Source: Acidobacteriota bacterium
GTDB taxonomy: Bacteria; Acidobacteriota; UBA6911; RPQK01; JADFOI01
Direction: 5' to 3'
NCBI GenBank assembly: GCA_963663035.1
Contig: OY760074.1
Span: forward strand, 1,792,001 to 1,856,000
Length of the DNA: 64,000 nucleotides
Positions 30,971 to 40,682 of the stretch are shown here, piece after piece. The position numbers and the translations under genes were made by a program. The notes beneath the pieces are model-generated. The model saw only the letters and a program-made list of their open reading frames with translations, had not been told where the DNA came from and searched no databases. Positions within the stretch are counted from its first letter, which is position 1; the number at the start of each line of letters is the position of its first letter.

Positions 30971-32851
30971 ATGAAGAAGCACCAGTTCTGGATGGCAGCT
31001 GCAGCCATAGCAGCGAGCATCAGTTTCGGCTCTGCCCAGCAGACTGCGGATACCATTTTTCACAACGGCAAGGTTCTGACCGTTGACGAAAATTCCAGCG
31101 TTGCCGAGGCGGTGGCGGTTCGCGGCACCCAAATACTGGCGGTGGGAACCAACAATGAGGTTCTCCGCCTGGCCGGCCCCGACACGGTCAGGATTGACTT
31201 GAAGGGGAGAACGGTGACGCCGGGGCTGATCCATACCCACGTGCATTCGGAATCACCCGGGGGTTATGGCGGTGACCTGTCTGCCGCGCAGCTCAAGCGA
31301 TTTCCGGTGAACTTCAGAGACGTCACAACCAAGGACGACGTCATCAAGCAGATGAAGGACATTATTGCGGCCTTCCAGATCAAGCCGGGCGAGTGGGTCG
31401 CCTTCACCGGCAATCCGCGGGGAGATCAGGCTAGACTGCTCTGGGACGACCTGAACCGGTGGGAACTGGACAAGGCCGCTCCAGACAATCCGATCTCTCT
31501 GTCGGGGGGTATTCCCGTCGTAAACATGATGCTGCTCAACAGTAAGGCCCTGGACCAGCTGTGGGCCAAGTATGGAGACTTCATTGAAACCTACGGGCGT
31601 TACTGGATCGACGCCTCCGGCCGTCCCGATGGCCACCTGGAGGCTCCGGCCGTCCGTATCCTTCTGGAGGATGATGACTTTGTGCCGAATGCCGCGCCCC
31701 AGGACGTGGGTCCACTCTTCAAGAATGTTCTAGAGGAACGGTCAGCAGCGGGTATCACGACCATTTCAGGGGGCCTACACACCTCCAGCGTCCGGGTCTA
31801 TCAATGGCTCGACGCCCGAGGCGAAATGCCGCTGAGATATGCCTACGGTGTCATGTCGACATTTGGATTCCCAGACAGAGACAACAAGCAGTTCAAAATG
31901 GGCGCCGGCACCGACATGGTGTGGATCAGTTCGATGAGTGCGCGGGCGGTCGACGGGGCGGGCTCCAGAATGTGCATTTCGATCGAGAGAGACTCCCAGG
32001 CATCGGCCGCTGTTGAAGGAGCGGAAGCCTCCTTGATGGGGCTGTCTGCGGTCTCCGAGTGGTGGCCACGAGGCCAATGTTTGATGGACATCGAGTACGG
32101 AGGAGCAACCAAGGGAGCCAGCATCAAGGCCAACTACTTCATGGAGTGGTACAACCAGGTTGCCCGGGACGGTCTGCGCTCCGGAAATGCTCACATGTCT
32201 GGGAATGACTCCCACGCCCGCTTTATTTCCGAGCTGGAGCGTATCGACCGGGCCAATCCGGGAGCGGTCAAAGGCTGGGCCATGGACCATTGCACGCTGA
32301 TCAATCCCGAGGACGTTCCACGGGCAGCCAAGCTGGGACTGATGTGGAGCTGCACTCCGTTGGGCGAAGGGGGCCGCGCCCCCATGATTGGGGCGGCTTT
32401 CGGCGAGGAGGTGGCCCACACCTATGTAGCTCCGATTAAGCACATGCTTGACGCAGGCATCAACGTCTCCCTGGAAGGGGGTTGGTCGGCGATAGAAAGC
32501 CTGATCACGCGCAAGGACGCGGACGGCAATGTGTGGGGGCCTGACGAAAGGGTGGACCGGGCAACCGCTCTGAGAGTTGCCACCCGCAACGGAGCCAATT
32601 ATGTCCTTAAAGGTGACACCCTCGGCTCCATCGAAGCAGGCAAGTTGGCCGACCTGGTGGTCATCGACCGGGATTTCATGACGATGTCTGTGGAAGACAT
32701 TTCTGAAATTCGAACGTTAGTGACCATGATAGGGGGCAAGTTCAAGTTCCTGCATTCCGACTTTGCCAACGAATACAACCTGAGACCGACCGGCGCGCTC
32801 ATCAGCACATTGGAAGATTTGCAAAAGCGCCGCCCGTCGAGGGGCTTCTGA
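30971..32851 (+). CDS. Secreted YtcJ-like amidohydrolase, array copy 6 (most divergent in the array)
   Basis: Paralog; its TGA overlaps the ATG of the next gene. Confidence 0.9.
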   Translation: MKKHQFWMAAAAIAASISFGSAQQTADTIFHNGKVLTVDENSSVAEAVAVRGTQILAVGTNNEVLRLAGPDTVRIDLKGRTVTPGLIHTHVHSESPGGYGGDLSAAQLKRFPVNFRDVTTKDDVIKQMKDIIAAFQIKPGEWVAFTGNPRGDQARLLWDDLNRWELDKAAPDNPISLSGGIPVVNMMLLNSKALDQLWAKYGDFIETYGRYWIDASGRPDGHLEAPAVRILLEDDDFVPNAAPQDVGPLFKNVLEERSAAGITTISGGLHTSSVRVYQWLDARGEMPLRYAYGVMSTFGFPDRDNKQFKMGAGTDMVWISSMSARAVDGAGSRMCISIERDSQASAAVEGAEASLMGLSAVSEWWPRGQCLMDIEYGGATKGASIKANYFMEWYNQVARDGLRSGNAHMSGNDSHARFISELERIDRANPGAVKGWAMDHCTLINPEDVPRAAKLGLMWSCTPLGEGGRAPMIGAAFGEEVAHTYVAPIKHMLDAGINVSLEGGWSAIESLITRKDADGNVWGPDERVDRATALRVATRNGANYVLKGDTLGSIEAGKLADLVVIDRDFMTMSVEDISEIRTLVTMIGGKFKFLHSDFANEYNLRPTGALISTLEDLQKRRPSRGF

Positions 32852-33429
32852 TGAACAAAACTTCCCTTATTGGACTGAGCCTCTGGACAGCCATCGTCAG
32901 CTTGGGCGGACCCTCCTTTACAGCCCATGCTGCCGCGCAGGAAGAGGGCAGGAAAGTCACCAGTTTGGATTTGGGCTATGACGCCAACATTCCGGGCCAT
33001 GAGGCCCTTTTGGCGCTGACTCTGGATGTGGCGGAGGGAGTTCAGGTGAAAACGGTCATCGGCGAGATCACCTTCCCCACTGCGCTGGTCTCATTTGAAG
33101 AGGTCCTGAGCGGGCTGTCGGCTCAGGCATCGGGTGCGGCAGTCAGCGCTGTTGTACAAGTGGATGATCAAAATCCGGAGAACTCTATTGTCACCGTGAC
33201 CGTGTCAACCGAAGGGGAACGGTCTATTCCCAGCGGTGTCATTGCCGATCTCGCTTTCATCATTTCCGAAGATGCTCCCCTTGAGGAGACGGTCACCTTG
33301 GGAACTGTGGCAAGAGCATTGACCACAGATGATCCGCCTGCCCCGGTCGATCCAATCTTAGGGATGGAAGGCGAGATCCTGGTCACTGAAACCCCTCCCG
33401 TCTTCGTTTGCTTCTTCTTCATGCACTGA
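32851..33429 (+). CDS. Secreted cohesin-like beta-sandwich protein with C-terminal CFFFMH motif
   Basis: Signal peptide (AAA|Q). PG..A.L.LTL, I.FP..LVSF..V..G, IPSGVIADLAF.IS..A and G.I.V strands fit the cohesin pattern; ends PPVFVCFFFMH. Confidence 0.65.
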   Translation: MNKTSLIGLSLWTAIVSLGGPSFTAHAAAQEEGRKVTSLDLGYDANIPGHEALLALTLDVAEGVQVKTVIGEITFPTALVSFEEVLSGLSAQASGAAVSAVVQVDDQNPENSIVTVTVSTEGERSIPSGVIADLAFIISEDAPLEETVTLGTVARALTTDDPPAPVDPILGMEGEILVTETPPVFVCFFFMH

Positions 33430-33438
33430 TTTCTGCAC

Positions 33439-33589
33439 TAGCCCGCATTCTGCATAGGTTCTCGTAGCGAAGTGGCGCAAGCGCCGCAATGACAAGGCGT
33501 GTGAGGGGTACCCGCTTGCGGGTCGCACAACGCCGTCAGGGCGGATGATGGCGCCACTGTAGCAGAGAAGTTATGCAGAGTGCGGGCTT
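33439..33589 (-). mobile_element. MITE-like hairpin element, copy C (short form, inverted)
   Basis: tagcccgcattctgcata...tatgcagagtgcgggct; reverse-complement homolog of copy B without the internal module of about 45 bp. Confidence 0.75.
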
Positions 33590-33637
33590 ACGCCTCAGCT
33601 CTCATTGTCAGACACCGGACGTATTCTGACTAGAGGC

Positions 33638-34849
33638 ATGGACTTTACAACAATTATACTGATCATATTGGGGATTCTGTCTGCTCAGGCGCTTTTCTTT
33701 CTGGTCCTGAAGACCAAACTCCGAGAGCTTTTCAATTTCCTGGCCAACGAAGCTCTGGTCCGGAATAACCAGAATTTTGTGGAGATGGCCAGGGCAACGC
33801 TGGAGAAGTTTCAGACTCAAGCACAGGGCGACCTGGCCCTGAAGCAGCAAGCCATACAGGAACTGGTGAACCCCCTGAAGCAAGCCCTCGAAAAACATGA
33901 AAGCCATGTCGTGGAACTGGAGAAAAAGCGCGAACAGGCCTATGGGGGATTGCGCCAGTACCTGGAAGACGTCGTCCAGACCCAGAGCCAACTGCGAAAG
34001 GAAACCGGCAATCTGGCCAAGGCCTTACACACTTCCCACGTGCGAGGGAAATGGGGTGAAATGAGCCTGAAACGGGTTGTCGAAATGGCCGGTCTCCTCG
34101 AGCACTGCGATTTTGAGACTCAGCAATCGATAACTGGGGAGGATTCTCGTCTGAGACCGGACCTGATTGTCTATCTGCCCAACCAGCGCAAGATCGTGAT
34201 TGATGCCAAGACTCCCCTGGATTCCTATCTGAAGGCCATCGAGACGGAAGAGAAGGAAAAGCGAAACCAGCTCATGGCCGATCATTCCCGCCAACTGGAG
34301 CGACACATTTCTTTACTGGGAAGCAAAGCCTATTGGGATCAAGTGGACGGGAGTCCCGAGTTTGTGGTGCTCTATATTCCCCTGGAAAGTCTCTTTAGTG
34401 CAGCTCTTCACCATAATCCGGACCTTCTGGAAAAGAGCACCCGGAAAAAGGTCATCCTGGCGACTCCCACCACCTTGATGGCTCTGCTCAAAGCGGTCGA
34501 GTACGGGTGGAAGCAGGAAAAAATGGCTCACAACGCTGAAGAGATTTCGGCCATGGGAAAGGAACTCTATGACCGGCTGTTCAAGCTTGCCGATCACTTT
34601 TCCAGGCTCGGAACCAGTCTGGATCGAGCGGTTCAGGCCTATAACGAAACCGCCGGTTCGTTTGAGCAGCGCGTTTTCGTGCAGGCCCGGCGCTTTAAAG
34701 AGCTGGGCGTCCCCGCCAAAGAGGATATTTCCGAAATCCCCTGGATCGATCAAACTCCCCGCCAACTTCAGCGGAGTGAGCTCCTGGAGAAAGTGGAGCT
34801 GGAAGAGTTGGAGCTGGAGCAGGTGGAGGATGAGGAGGTCCTGGCCTAA
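33638..34849 (+). CDS. rmuC: DNA recombination protein RmuC
   Basis: N-terminal TM and coiled coil, RGKWGEMSL, RPDLIV.LP, IDAK.P, TPTTLMALL. Confidence 0.93.
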   Translation: MDFTTIILIILGILSAQALFFLVLKTKLRELFNFLANEALVRNNQNFVEMARATLEKFQTQAQGDLALKQQAIQELVNPLKQALEKHESHVVELEKKREQAYGGLRQYLEDVVQTQSQLRKETGNLAKALHTSHVRGKWGEMSLKRVVEMAGLLEHCDFETQQSITGEDSRLRPDLIVYLPNQRKIVIDAKTPLDSYLKAIETEEKEKRNQLMADHSRQLERHISLLGSKAYWDQVDGSPEFVVLYIPLESLFSAALHHNPDLLEKSTRKKVILATPTTLMALLKAVEYGWKQEKMAHNAEEISAMGKELYDRLFKLADHFSRLGTSLDRAVQAYNETAGSFEQRVFVQARRFKELGVPAKEDISEIPWIDQTPRQLQRSELLEKVELEELELEQVEDEEVLA

Positions 34850-34934
34850 AGAAGGAGACAGGAGTCAGGAGTCAGAAGCTGAAATGAGTGAGAGTCACTA
34901 TTTCCTTAAAGTCCTGGTGCGTGTTTAAGGAGTT

Positions 34935-35009
34935 GGCCCGAGGGCTAAAGCCCACGGCTCTGACTGTCCCTCATAAGCTCCATCAGAGCCGCAGGCTAGC
35001 CTGCGGGCC
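34935..35009. repeat. Inverted pair of REP-like palindromes (REPIN-like)
   Basis: ggcccgagggctaaagcccacggctctga ... tcagagccgcaggctagcctgcgggcc; same family as 7821-7850. Confidence 0.65.
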
Positions 35010-35059
35010 TGGAACCTGACCGCTGACAACGGACCAACTTCCCCTCTCTTTCTCTCTCT

Positions 35060-35947
35060 TTACGCGCGCGGATGGTGCCGATCGTAGATCCGTTTGAGCC
35101 ACTCACGGTTCACGTGGGTGTAGATTTGGGTGGTGGAGATATCAGCATGACCCAGCATCATCTGAACGGCTCGCAAATCAGCACCATGTTCCAACAGGTG
35201 GGTGGCAAAGCTGTGCCTTAGCACGTGGGGGCTGATTTTCTTCTCAATGCCAATTTTCCTCCCGTATTTCCTCACCAACATCCAGAAGTATTGACGCGTC
35301 ATCGATTGCCCCTGCTGGGTCACGAACAAAAAGGGGCTGGCCTGACGCTTGCGTAAAAAATGCTGCCTGGACTCTCTCAAGTATCGTTGAACCCATCTCA
35401 AGGCCGAATCACCCAACGGAACAATGCGTTCCTTGGATCCTTTACCGAGTGTCCTCAGGCAGCCAACTTCAAAGTTGATCTCCTCCAACCGCAGTCCGAT
35501 CAGTTCGCTCACTCGTAAACCGGTCGCATAGAGCACTTCCAACATAGCCCGGTCACGCAGGCCGTAGGCCGTGGTCACGTCGGGCTGCTCGAGAAGCTGC
35601 TCGACCTCTTCCTCACTGAGATAGGTGGGTAGGGTCCGCCAGGTCTTTGGAGACTCCAGTGTTTCGGCCGGATCTTCCTTAAGATAGCCATCCAGGAGGA
35701 GAAAGCGGAAAAAAGAACGCAGGCTGGCTATCTTCCGCATCACGGAGCGAGCGGACATTCTTCCGGAAAGATGCTGGATGTAGTCGGCTAGTCCTTGCTT
35801 ACCGACATCTTTCAGCGGCCAGTTCCGGGAACTGACAAAGGAGAGAAATTCGCCAAGATCCCTTCGGTAGGCCTCGATTGTGTTGGAGGCCAGCCCTCTT
35901 TCCACCTGGAGATGATTCAGATAATTTCGAAAGGCTCGTTCCTGCAT
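35060..35947 (-). CDS. xerD: Tyrosine recombinase XerD
   Basis: VERGLASNTIEAYRRDL, LYATGLRVSEL, SPHVLRHSFATHLL, LGHADISTTQIY. Confidence 0.92.
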   Translation of the reverse strand: MQERAFRNYLNHLQVERGLASNTIEAYRRDLGEFLSFVSSRNWPLKDVGKQGLADYIQHLSGRMSARSVMRKIASLRSFFRFLLLDGYLKEDPAETLESPKTWRTLPTYLSEEEVEQLLEQPDVTTAYGLRDRAMLEVLYATGLRVSELIGLRLEEINFEVGCLRTLGKGSKERIVPLGDSALRWVQRYLRESRQHFLRKRQASPFLFVTQQGQSMTRQYFWMLVRKYGRKIGIEKKISPHVLRHSFATHLLEHGADLRAVQMMLGHADISTTQIYTHVNREWLKRIYDRHHPRA

Positions 35948-35958
35948 AAGTGCCGCAT

Positions 35959-37545
35959 CTACGACTTCAGGCGACGGAAGAGATGTCGAATTTCCTCAAT
36001 GCGCAAGAGTTGGCAGAGTCCAAAATACACTGCCATTCCCACCAGGATACAGCTGGTCAAGGACAGTAATTCCTGGCTGAAACTCATCTCTCCCCAGCGC
36101 TCCTGGAAGAACCGGTTGAGAAGGTAGACAATCACTCCCATCACGCCTGCGGCAGCCACCGTTTTCAGGAAAGTGGGGATGACCCGGTAGGCTTGAAGCG
36201 ATCCCAGCCTCCGCTGGAAGCTCTTTGCCAACAAGATGCTGCTCACGGTGACGGACAAGGCCGTTCCAAAAGCCAATCCCACGTAGCGGTACTCCTGGGG
36301 AAGAATGAGAAAAACCAGAATGAGATTAATGGACAGGTTGCTGGCCGCCGCCATGAGACTGATTCGAAGCGGGGTACGGGTATCGTCCAGGGCATAGAAG
36401 GTCGGCACATAGACCTTGATGCAGCTGTAAGCGAACAGCCCAAATGAGTAGAAAATCACGGCATAGGCCGTATAGAGCGTGTCAGCTGGCCTGAACCCTC
36501 CTCTCTCGAAAAGCACACGGACAATCGGGACTGCCAGGACCATCAATCCGACCGAGGAGGGGATGGCCAGAATCGAAATGAGTTTAATCGAATTGGCCAC
36601 CGTCTCTTTCAAGTCCTCCCACTTCCCCTGAGTGGCAGAGAGTGAGACTTCTCGAAGATTGACCACACCCACCGCCACTCCGAACAGACCGATGGGCAAA
36701 TAGATGATCCGAAATGCATAGCTCAACCAGGAAACCGGACCATTTTCCTGAAGAAAGGAAGCAATCTGGGTGTTGACCAGGACGTTGATTTGAACCGCAC
36801 CCACCCCCACAAAGGCAGGCGCGATCAACCGAGCGATCTTGCGCACGCCCTCATGGGCCAGGTCAATGCGAAATTGGAAACGATAGCCGTGTCTGCGCAT
36901 GAGGGGCAGCTGGATGCCGTATTGAAGCACACCGCCCAAGAGCGCCCCCACGCCCATGGCATGAATCGGCAAGATGCCCCACTGCTCAAACTGGGGCGCC
37001 AGAAAGATTCCTGCCAAAATCACAGCTACGTTGAAAAACGCAGGAGCCAATGCCGGGATAAAAAAGTGATTGAGAGTGTTGAGGATAGCCATGCCCACGG
37101 AAGCCATGGCCACCAGCATCAAAAAGGGGGACAGAATCTTCAGAAGATCGGCAGTAATCTCTATCTTTCCCGGAACATCAGCAAAGCCGGCTGCCAGCAG
37201 GTACACAAACGGTTTGGAGAAAATCGATAGAGCAAGCGTGAAACCTCCCAAGAGGACCAGAAGTCCGCTCAAGACCAGGTTGGCTAACACCCAGGCTTCC
37301 GGTCGGCCTTTCTTGTGCAGAAACTCGGTAAAAGTGGGAACAACGGCAGCGCTGAGAGCCCCTTCGGCAAAGAGATCCCTCAAAAGATTGGGGATGCGGA
37401 AGGCCACCAGCCAGGCATCGTTGTAGAGTCCGGCCCCGAAGAGCTTGGCAAAGACCTGATCACGCACCAACCCCAGGATCCGACTGAGGAAAACCGCTAA
37501 GCTAACCTTCCCAGCAGCGCGAGCAGATCGAGCAGCTTGAGCCAT
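35959..37545 (-). CDS. murJ: Lipid II flippase MurJ (MviN)
   Basis: SRILGLVRD, AFRIPNLLRDLFAEGALS, about 14 TM helices. Confidence 0.95.
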   Translation of the reverse strand: MAQAARSARAAGKVSLAVFLSRILGLVRDQVFAKLFGAGLYNDAWLVAFRIPNLLRDLFAEGALSAAVVPTFTEFLHKKGRPEAWVLANLVLSGLLVLLGGFTLALSIFSKPFVYLLAAGFADVPGKIEITADLLKILSPFLMLVAMASVGMAILNTLNHFFIPALAPAFFNVAVILAGIFLAPQFEQWGILPIHAMGVGALLGGVLQYGIQLPLMRRHGYRFQFRIDLAHEGVRKIARLIAPAFVGVGAVQINVLVNTQIASFLQENGPVSWLSYAFRIIYLPIGLFGVAVGVVNLREVSLSATQGKWEDLKETVANSIKLISILAIPSSVGLMVLAVPIVRVLFERGGFRPADTLYTAYAVIFYSFGLFAYSCIKVYVPTFYALDDTRTPLRISLMAAASNLSINLILVFLILPQEYRYVGLAFGTALSVTVSSILLAKSFQRRLGSLQAYRVIPTFLKTVAAAGVMGVIVYLLNRFFQERWGEMSFSQELLSLTSCILVGMAVYFGLCQLLRIEEIRHLFRRLKS

Positions 37546-37650
37546 GTTTTTGTGGAGGAAATCGTAATTCTGTTCCCGGCATTTCCCAACCCCTCCCGTG
37601 TCACGTTATCATTCTGACCTGAAATATTTCCGACAGGAGTCAAAAGAGGC

Positions 37651-38700
37651 ATGAAATTAGGAGAGATTGCCAAAAAACTGGGCTGTCAGCTGCGAGGCTC
37701 CCAAGAGGTTGAGATCAACGGAGTTGCCGGAATTGAAGAGGCAAAAAAGGACGATCTGACATTTGTTTCCAATCCCAAGTACTTACCCCAGATTCAATCG
37801 ACTGGGGCGGGGGCCATCATTCTCTCCGCTGACGCGCCTGCCACTTCTCTTCCCACCTTGATCTCAGAGAATCCTTATCTCACCTTCGCCCGCGCCATTG
37901 AGTTGTTTTACCAGCCTCCCGAACCCGTGGAAGGAATTCATCCCACCGCCAGCATTGCCGAGAGCGCGATCATGGGCGAGAGCTATTCGATTGGAGCAAA
38001 CGTGGTGATCGGAGAAGGAGCTCGACTGGGCAAGAATGCCGTTCTCTATCCGAATGTCACCATTTATCCCCATGCCGAAATCGGGGATGACCTGGTCGCC
38101 CATGCCAACTCCGTTGTTCGCGAGCACTGTAGAGTCGGAAACCGGGTGATTCTTCAGAACGGAGCTGTAGTGGGAGCAGACGGCTTCGGGTTTGCGCCTC
38201 AAAAGGACGGCAGTTACTACAAGATTGCTCAATCAGGCATCGCCGTTTTGGAAGATGACGTCGAGGTGGGTGCCAACTCCTGTATCGACCGTGCAACTGT
38301 GGGCGAGACACGAATCGAGCAGGGGACCAAGATAGACAATCTGGTGCAGGTGGGACACGGTTCACGAGTCGGGCAACACACCATTCTGGCGGGCCAGGTC
38401 GGTCTGGCTGGAAGCACTCGGGTGGGGAGCCATGTCCTGTTAGCCGGCCAGGTGGGAACTGCGGGACACATCTCCATCGGAGATCGCGTCCAGGCCACTG
38501 CACAAACCGGCGTAGCCCGATCGGTGGAGGCTGGAAGAACCATTTCCGGCACTCCGGAAATGGATACGGCCTTGTGGAAGCGAACCTACCTGCTGCTGCA
38601 AAAGCTGCCCGAGCTGGTCCGGACCATCAACCGGCTCAAGAAGGACGTCGAAGAACTCCGGAAAAAGCTGACCGCTGACCGCAAAACCACTGACAACTGA
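37651..38700 (+). CDS. lpxD: UDP-3-O-(3-hydroxymyristoyl)glucosamine N-acyltransferase
   Basis: Hexapeptide repeats, GADGFGF, IDRAT, TKIDNLVQVGH. Confidence 0.96.
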   Translation: MKLGEIAKKLGCQLRGSQEVEINGVAGIEEAKKDDLTFVSNPKYLPQIQSTGAGAIILSADAPATSLPTLISENPYLTFARAIELFYQPPEPVEGIHPTASIAESAIMGESYSIGANVVIGEGARLGKNAVLYPNVTIYPHAEIGDDLVAHANSVVREHCRVGNRVILQNGAVVGADGFGFAPQKDGSYYKIAQSGIAVLEDDVEVGANSCIDRATVGETRIEQGTKIDNLVQVGHGSRVGQHTILAGQVGLAGSTRVGSHVLLAGQVGTAGHISIGDRVQATAQTGVARSVEAGRTISGTPEMDTALWKRTYLLLQKLPELVRTINRLKKDVEELRKKLTADRKTTDN

Positions 38701-38750
38701 CAACTGACAACTGACGGAAACCCTGACACCTGACAGCTGACAACTGACAA
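38668..38750 (+). repeat. CTGACAA heptamer tandem repeat overlapping the lpxD 3' end
   Basis: ctgaccgctgaccg...ctgacaactgacaactgacaactgacgg...ctgacacctgacagctgacaactgacaa. Confidence 0.8.
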
Positions 38751-38772
38751 AAAACAACAGAGAAGAGAGGGT

Positions 38773-40553
38773 CTATTCGGTGTGCCAGCGTGCCCTGACG
38801 ATCAGCGAGACGCTGTTGGAGACTCCACCTGTAGGAGGCGGAGTAAAAACCGTGATGGAAAGGGTTCGATCTCCAAAGATACCCACATACTGATCCGGAC
38901 CAGGGGAACGATAACGGTCTGGTAAAGCTCGCTCCACCATACTTGCCGGGATTGTGGCCTTGAGTTTCCGAGGACTCTCAAATGTTGTGGCCAGGGAAAT
39001 TCCTTCTAACTGCACAACTGACGTCCCCACAAAACCAGCTCCTTCGATCACCAGCTCGAAACTCCCGCTGCCCTCAACTGTCGAGTGGGGAGAAATTGCA
39101 CTGATCTTCGGCAGCGGGGTGGACATGGAGATGGAGACGGGCCTTGTGAACGTGGAAAACTCAGGATGGTATCCAAACTCCAGGAACTTCCCCCCTTTCA
39201 TCACCCGTTCAATCCTCTTGGTGTTGGCGATGTTATCCAAAGGGTTCGCCTCCAGCACCAGCAGATCGGCGAAGTTTCCCTCCTGGATCGAGCCGACCTT
39301 TTGGTTTCCTCGGGCTCCCTGGAAGCCAGCGAACATGTCCGCCGCCCAGGAAGTGGAGGCCTGAAGAGCCTGCAGGGGCGTTAAACCCGCCTCCACCAAA
39401 AGCTCCATCTCGTGATGCATGGCAAGTCCCGGGATGGCCACGCTGGAGGCGTCCGTGCCGGCAATGACCTTACCCCCAAGTTGAACATAGCGCTGGACAA
39501 ATCGCTGTACGTGTGCCGAGCACCCTGGAAAGTCTCCAGATCCCCCGCTGACAACTGAGCCACAAGCGGCAGGTGTTCGTAACGAGAGGAATAACCCTTG
39601 ATCTGCCGGTGGCGGTGCAGCAGCATTTCGGCAAGATTCTGGGGGAAGTAGGAAAGATCCGGGTTGCTCAACAAAAGGTAGCCTTCCTGCTCGCGCTGGA
39701 GGGCATTTGGGCTCAAGGAACCCCATTCGTAAACCAGGGTCGGATTCAGATAAACACCTCGAGCCACGGCCTTCCGGATCATCTCATCCAGCCGGTTTCC
39801 CGGTGTCAAGTAGCTGGCCCAGTGTAAGAATCTGCCCTGCTTGAAGTCCTCCAGTTCCTGTGGGGTCATCAAAGGAAAAGCAAAACCCCAAACATGTTCT
39901 GCCACGTCCAGTCCTGCCTCAATGGCCTGAGAAGCATCCTGGGTATGACTAAAGACCGCCAATCCTGCCCGATGGGCATCCTCCGCCCCCCACCCAAAGA
40001 CTTCCCGGTTATTCTCTATAAACTGTAGAAACCAGGCCACGTCCGGCTCTTTTTTCAAATACTCCTCAATGGTCTGCCCGACCTCTTCTCTGGTCATGGA
40101 AGGGGACAGGCCCGGGTGCCCCGCGGTGTGAAAGACGCGGGGAGTGCTCATGCTGGTTTGAGAGACAAGTCGTTCCTCCTGAGAGACATCCGCTTGAGCC
40201 AGGAGGGAGGTCACGCCGTGATTCATGTAGAGCTCGCCCATCCACTTGCTCCAGTGGACATGGGAGTCAATGAGGCCGGGAATAATAAACTTCCCTCTCA
40301 GGTCCAGGACGGTGACTCCAGCAGGGTAAGCGGAGTCTCCTCCAGAAAGAATGGATGTGATCTCATCTCCTTCAATGACCAGGACGGCATCGGAAAGAGG
40401 AGGATTGCCAAGCCCGTCAATAACCGTGGCTCCCCGGAGAACGATGACACTGCCTGCTGGGCGCTGAGGGTGAGCAATACCAGCGTGAAAGGTACTGATC
40501 AGCAAAGAAGTCAGTAGAAAAGGCAGGACTTTTGGTCTCCTGGATACCTTCAT
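38773..40553 (-). pseudogene. Secreted amidohydrolase with C-terminal IPT/TIG-like domain, frameshifted near 39513
   Basis: The N-half (PGLIDSHVH) is in ORF 39381-40592 and the C-half (AGTD, PGLAMHHEM, GSIQEGNFADL) in ORF 38773-39726. One base is missing at ...GAR|HVQRF. Confidence 0.75.
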
Positions 40554-40682
40554 GACAGATCCTCCTGGGTCAGAAAATACACCAAAGCACAAAAGCAGGA
40601 AAGCACTAAGAAGGTTTGGGAGAGTTCCCCTCCCTGGACAGTCACTTCGCTACCGGATTAAAATGGCAGAGCGAGTCCAACA

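Noticed and set aside
21991-32443. Long antisense ORFs over the amidohydrolase copies (e.g. 23021-25045, 674 aa)
   Set aside because: Shadow frames of GC-rich codon usage. They break at different places in each paralog and have no recognisable motifs.
21202-32851. Diversity-generating retroelement as the source of paralog variation
   Set aside because: No reverse transcriptase or template/variable repeat pair in the window. Changes are not adenine-specific and include indels.
34775-34849. Acidic ELEELELEQVE repeat at the RmuC C-terminus
   Set aside because: Short low-complexity tail with no evidence of a separate function.
35060-35947. Phage or island integrase
   Set aside because: Canonical XerD sequence in a housekeeping context (murJ, lpxD); no att repeats, tRNA or phage genes.
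38668-38750. CRISPR array or contingency locus in the short repeats
   Set aside because: Units are 7 nt without unique spacers and there are no cas genes; they are degenerate and mostly intergenic.
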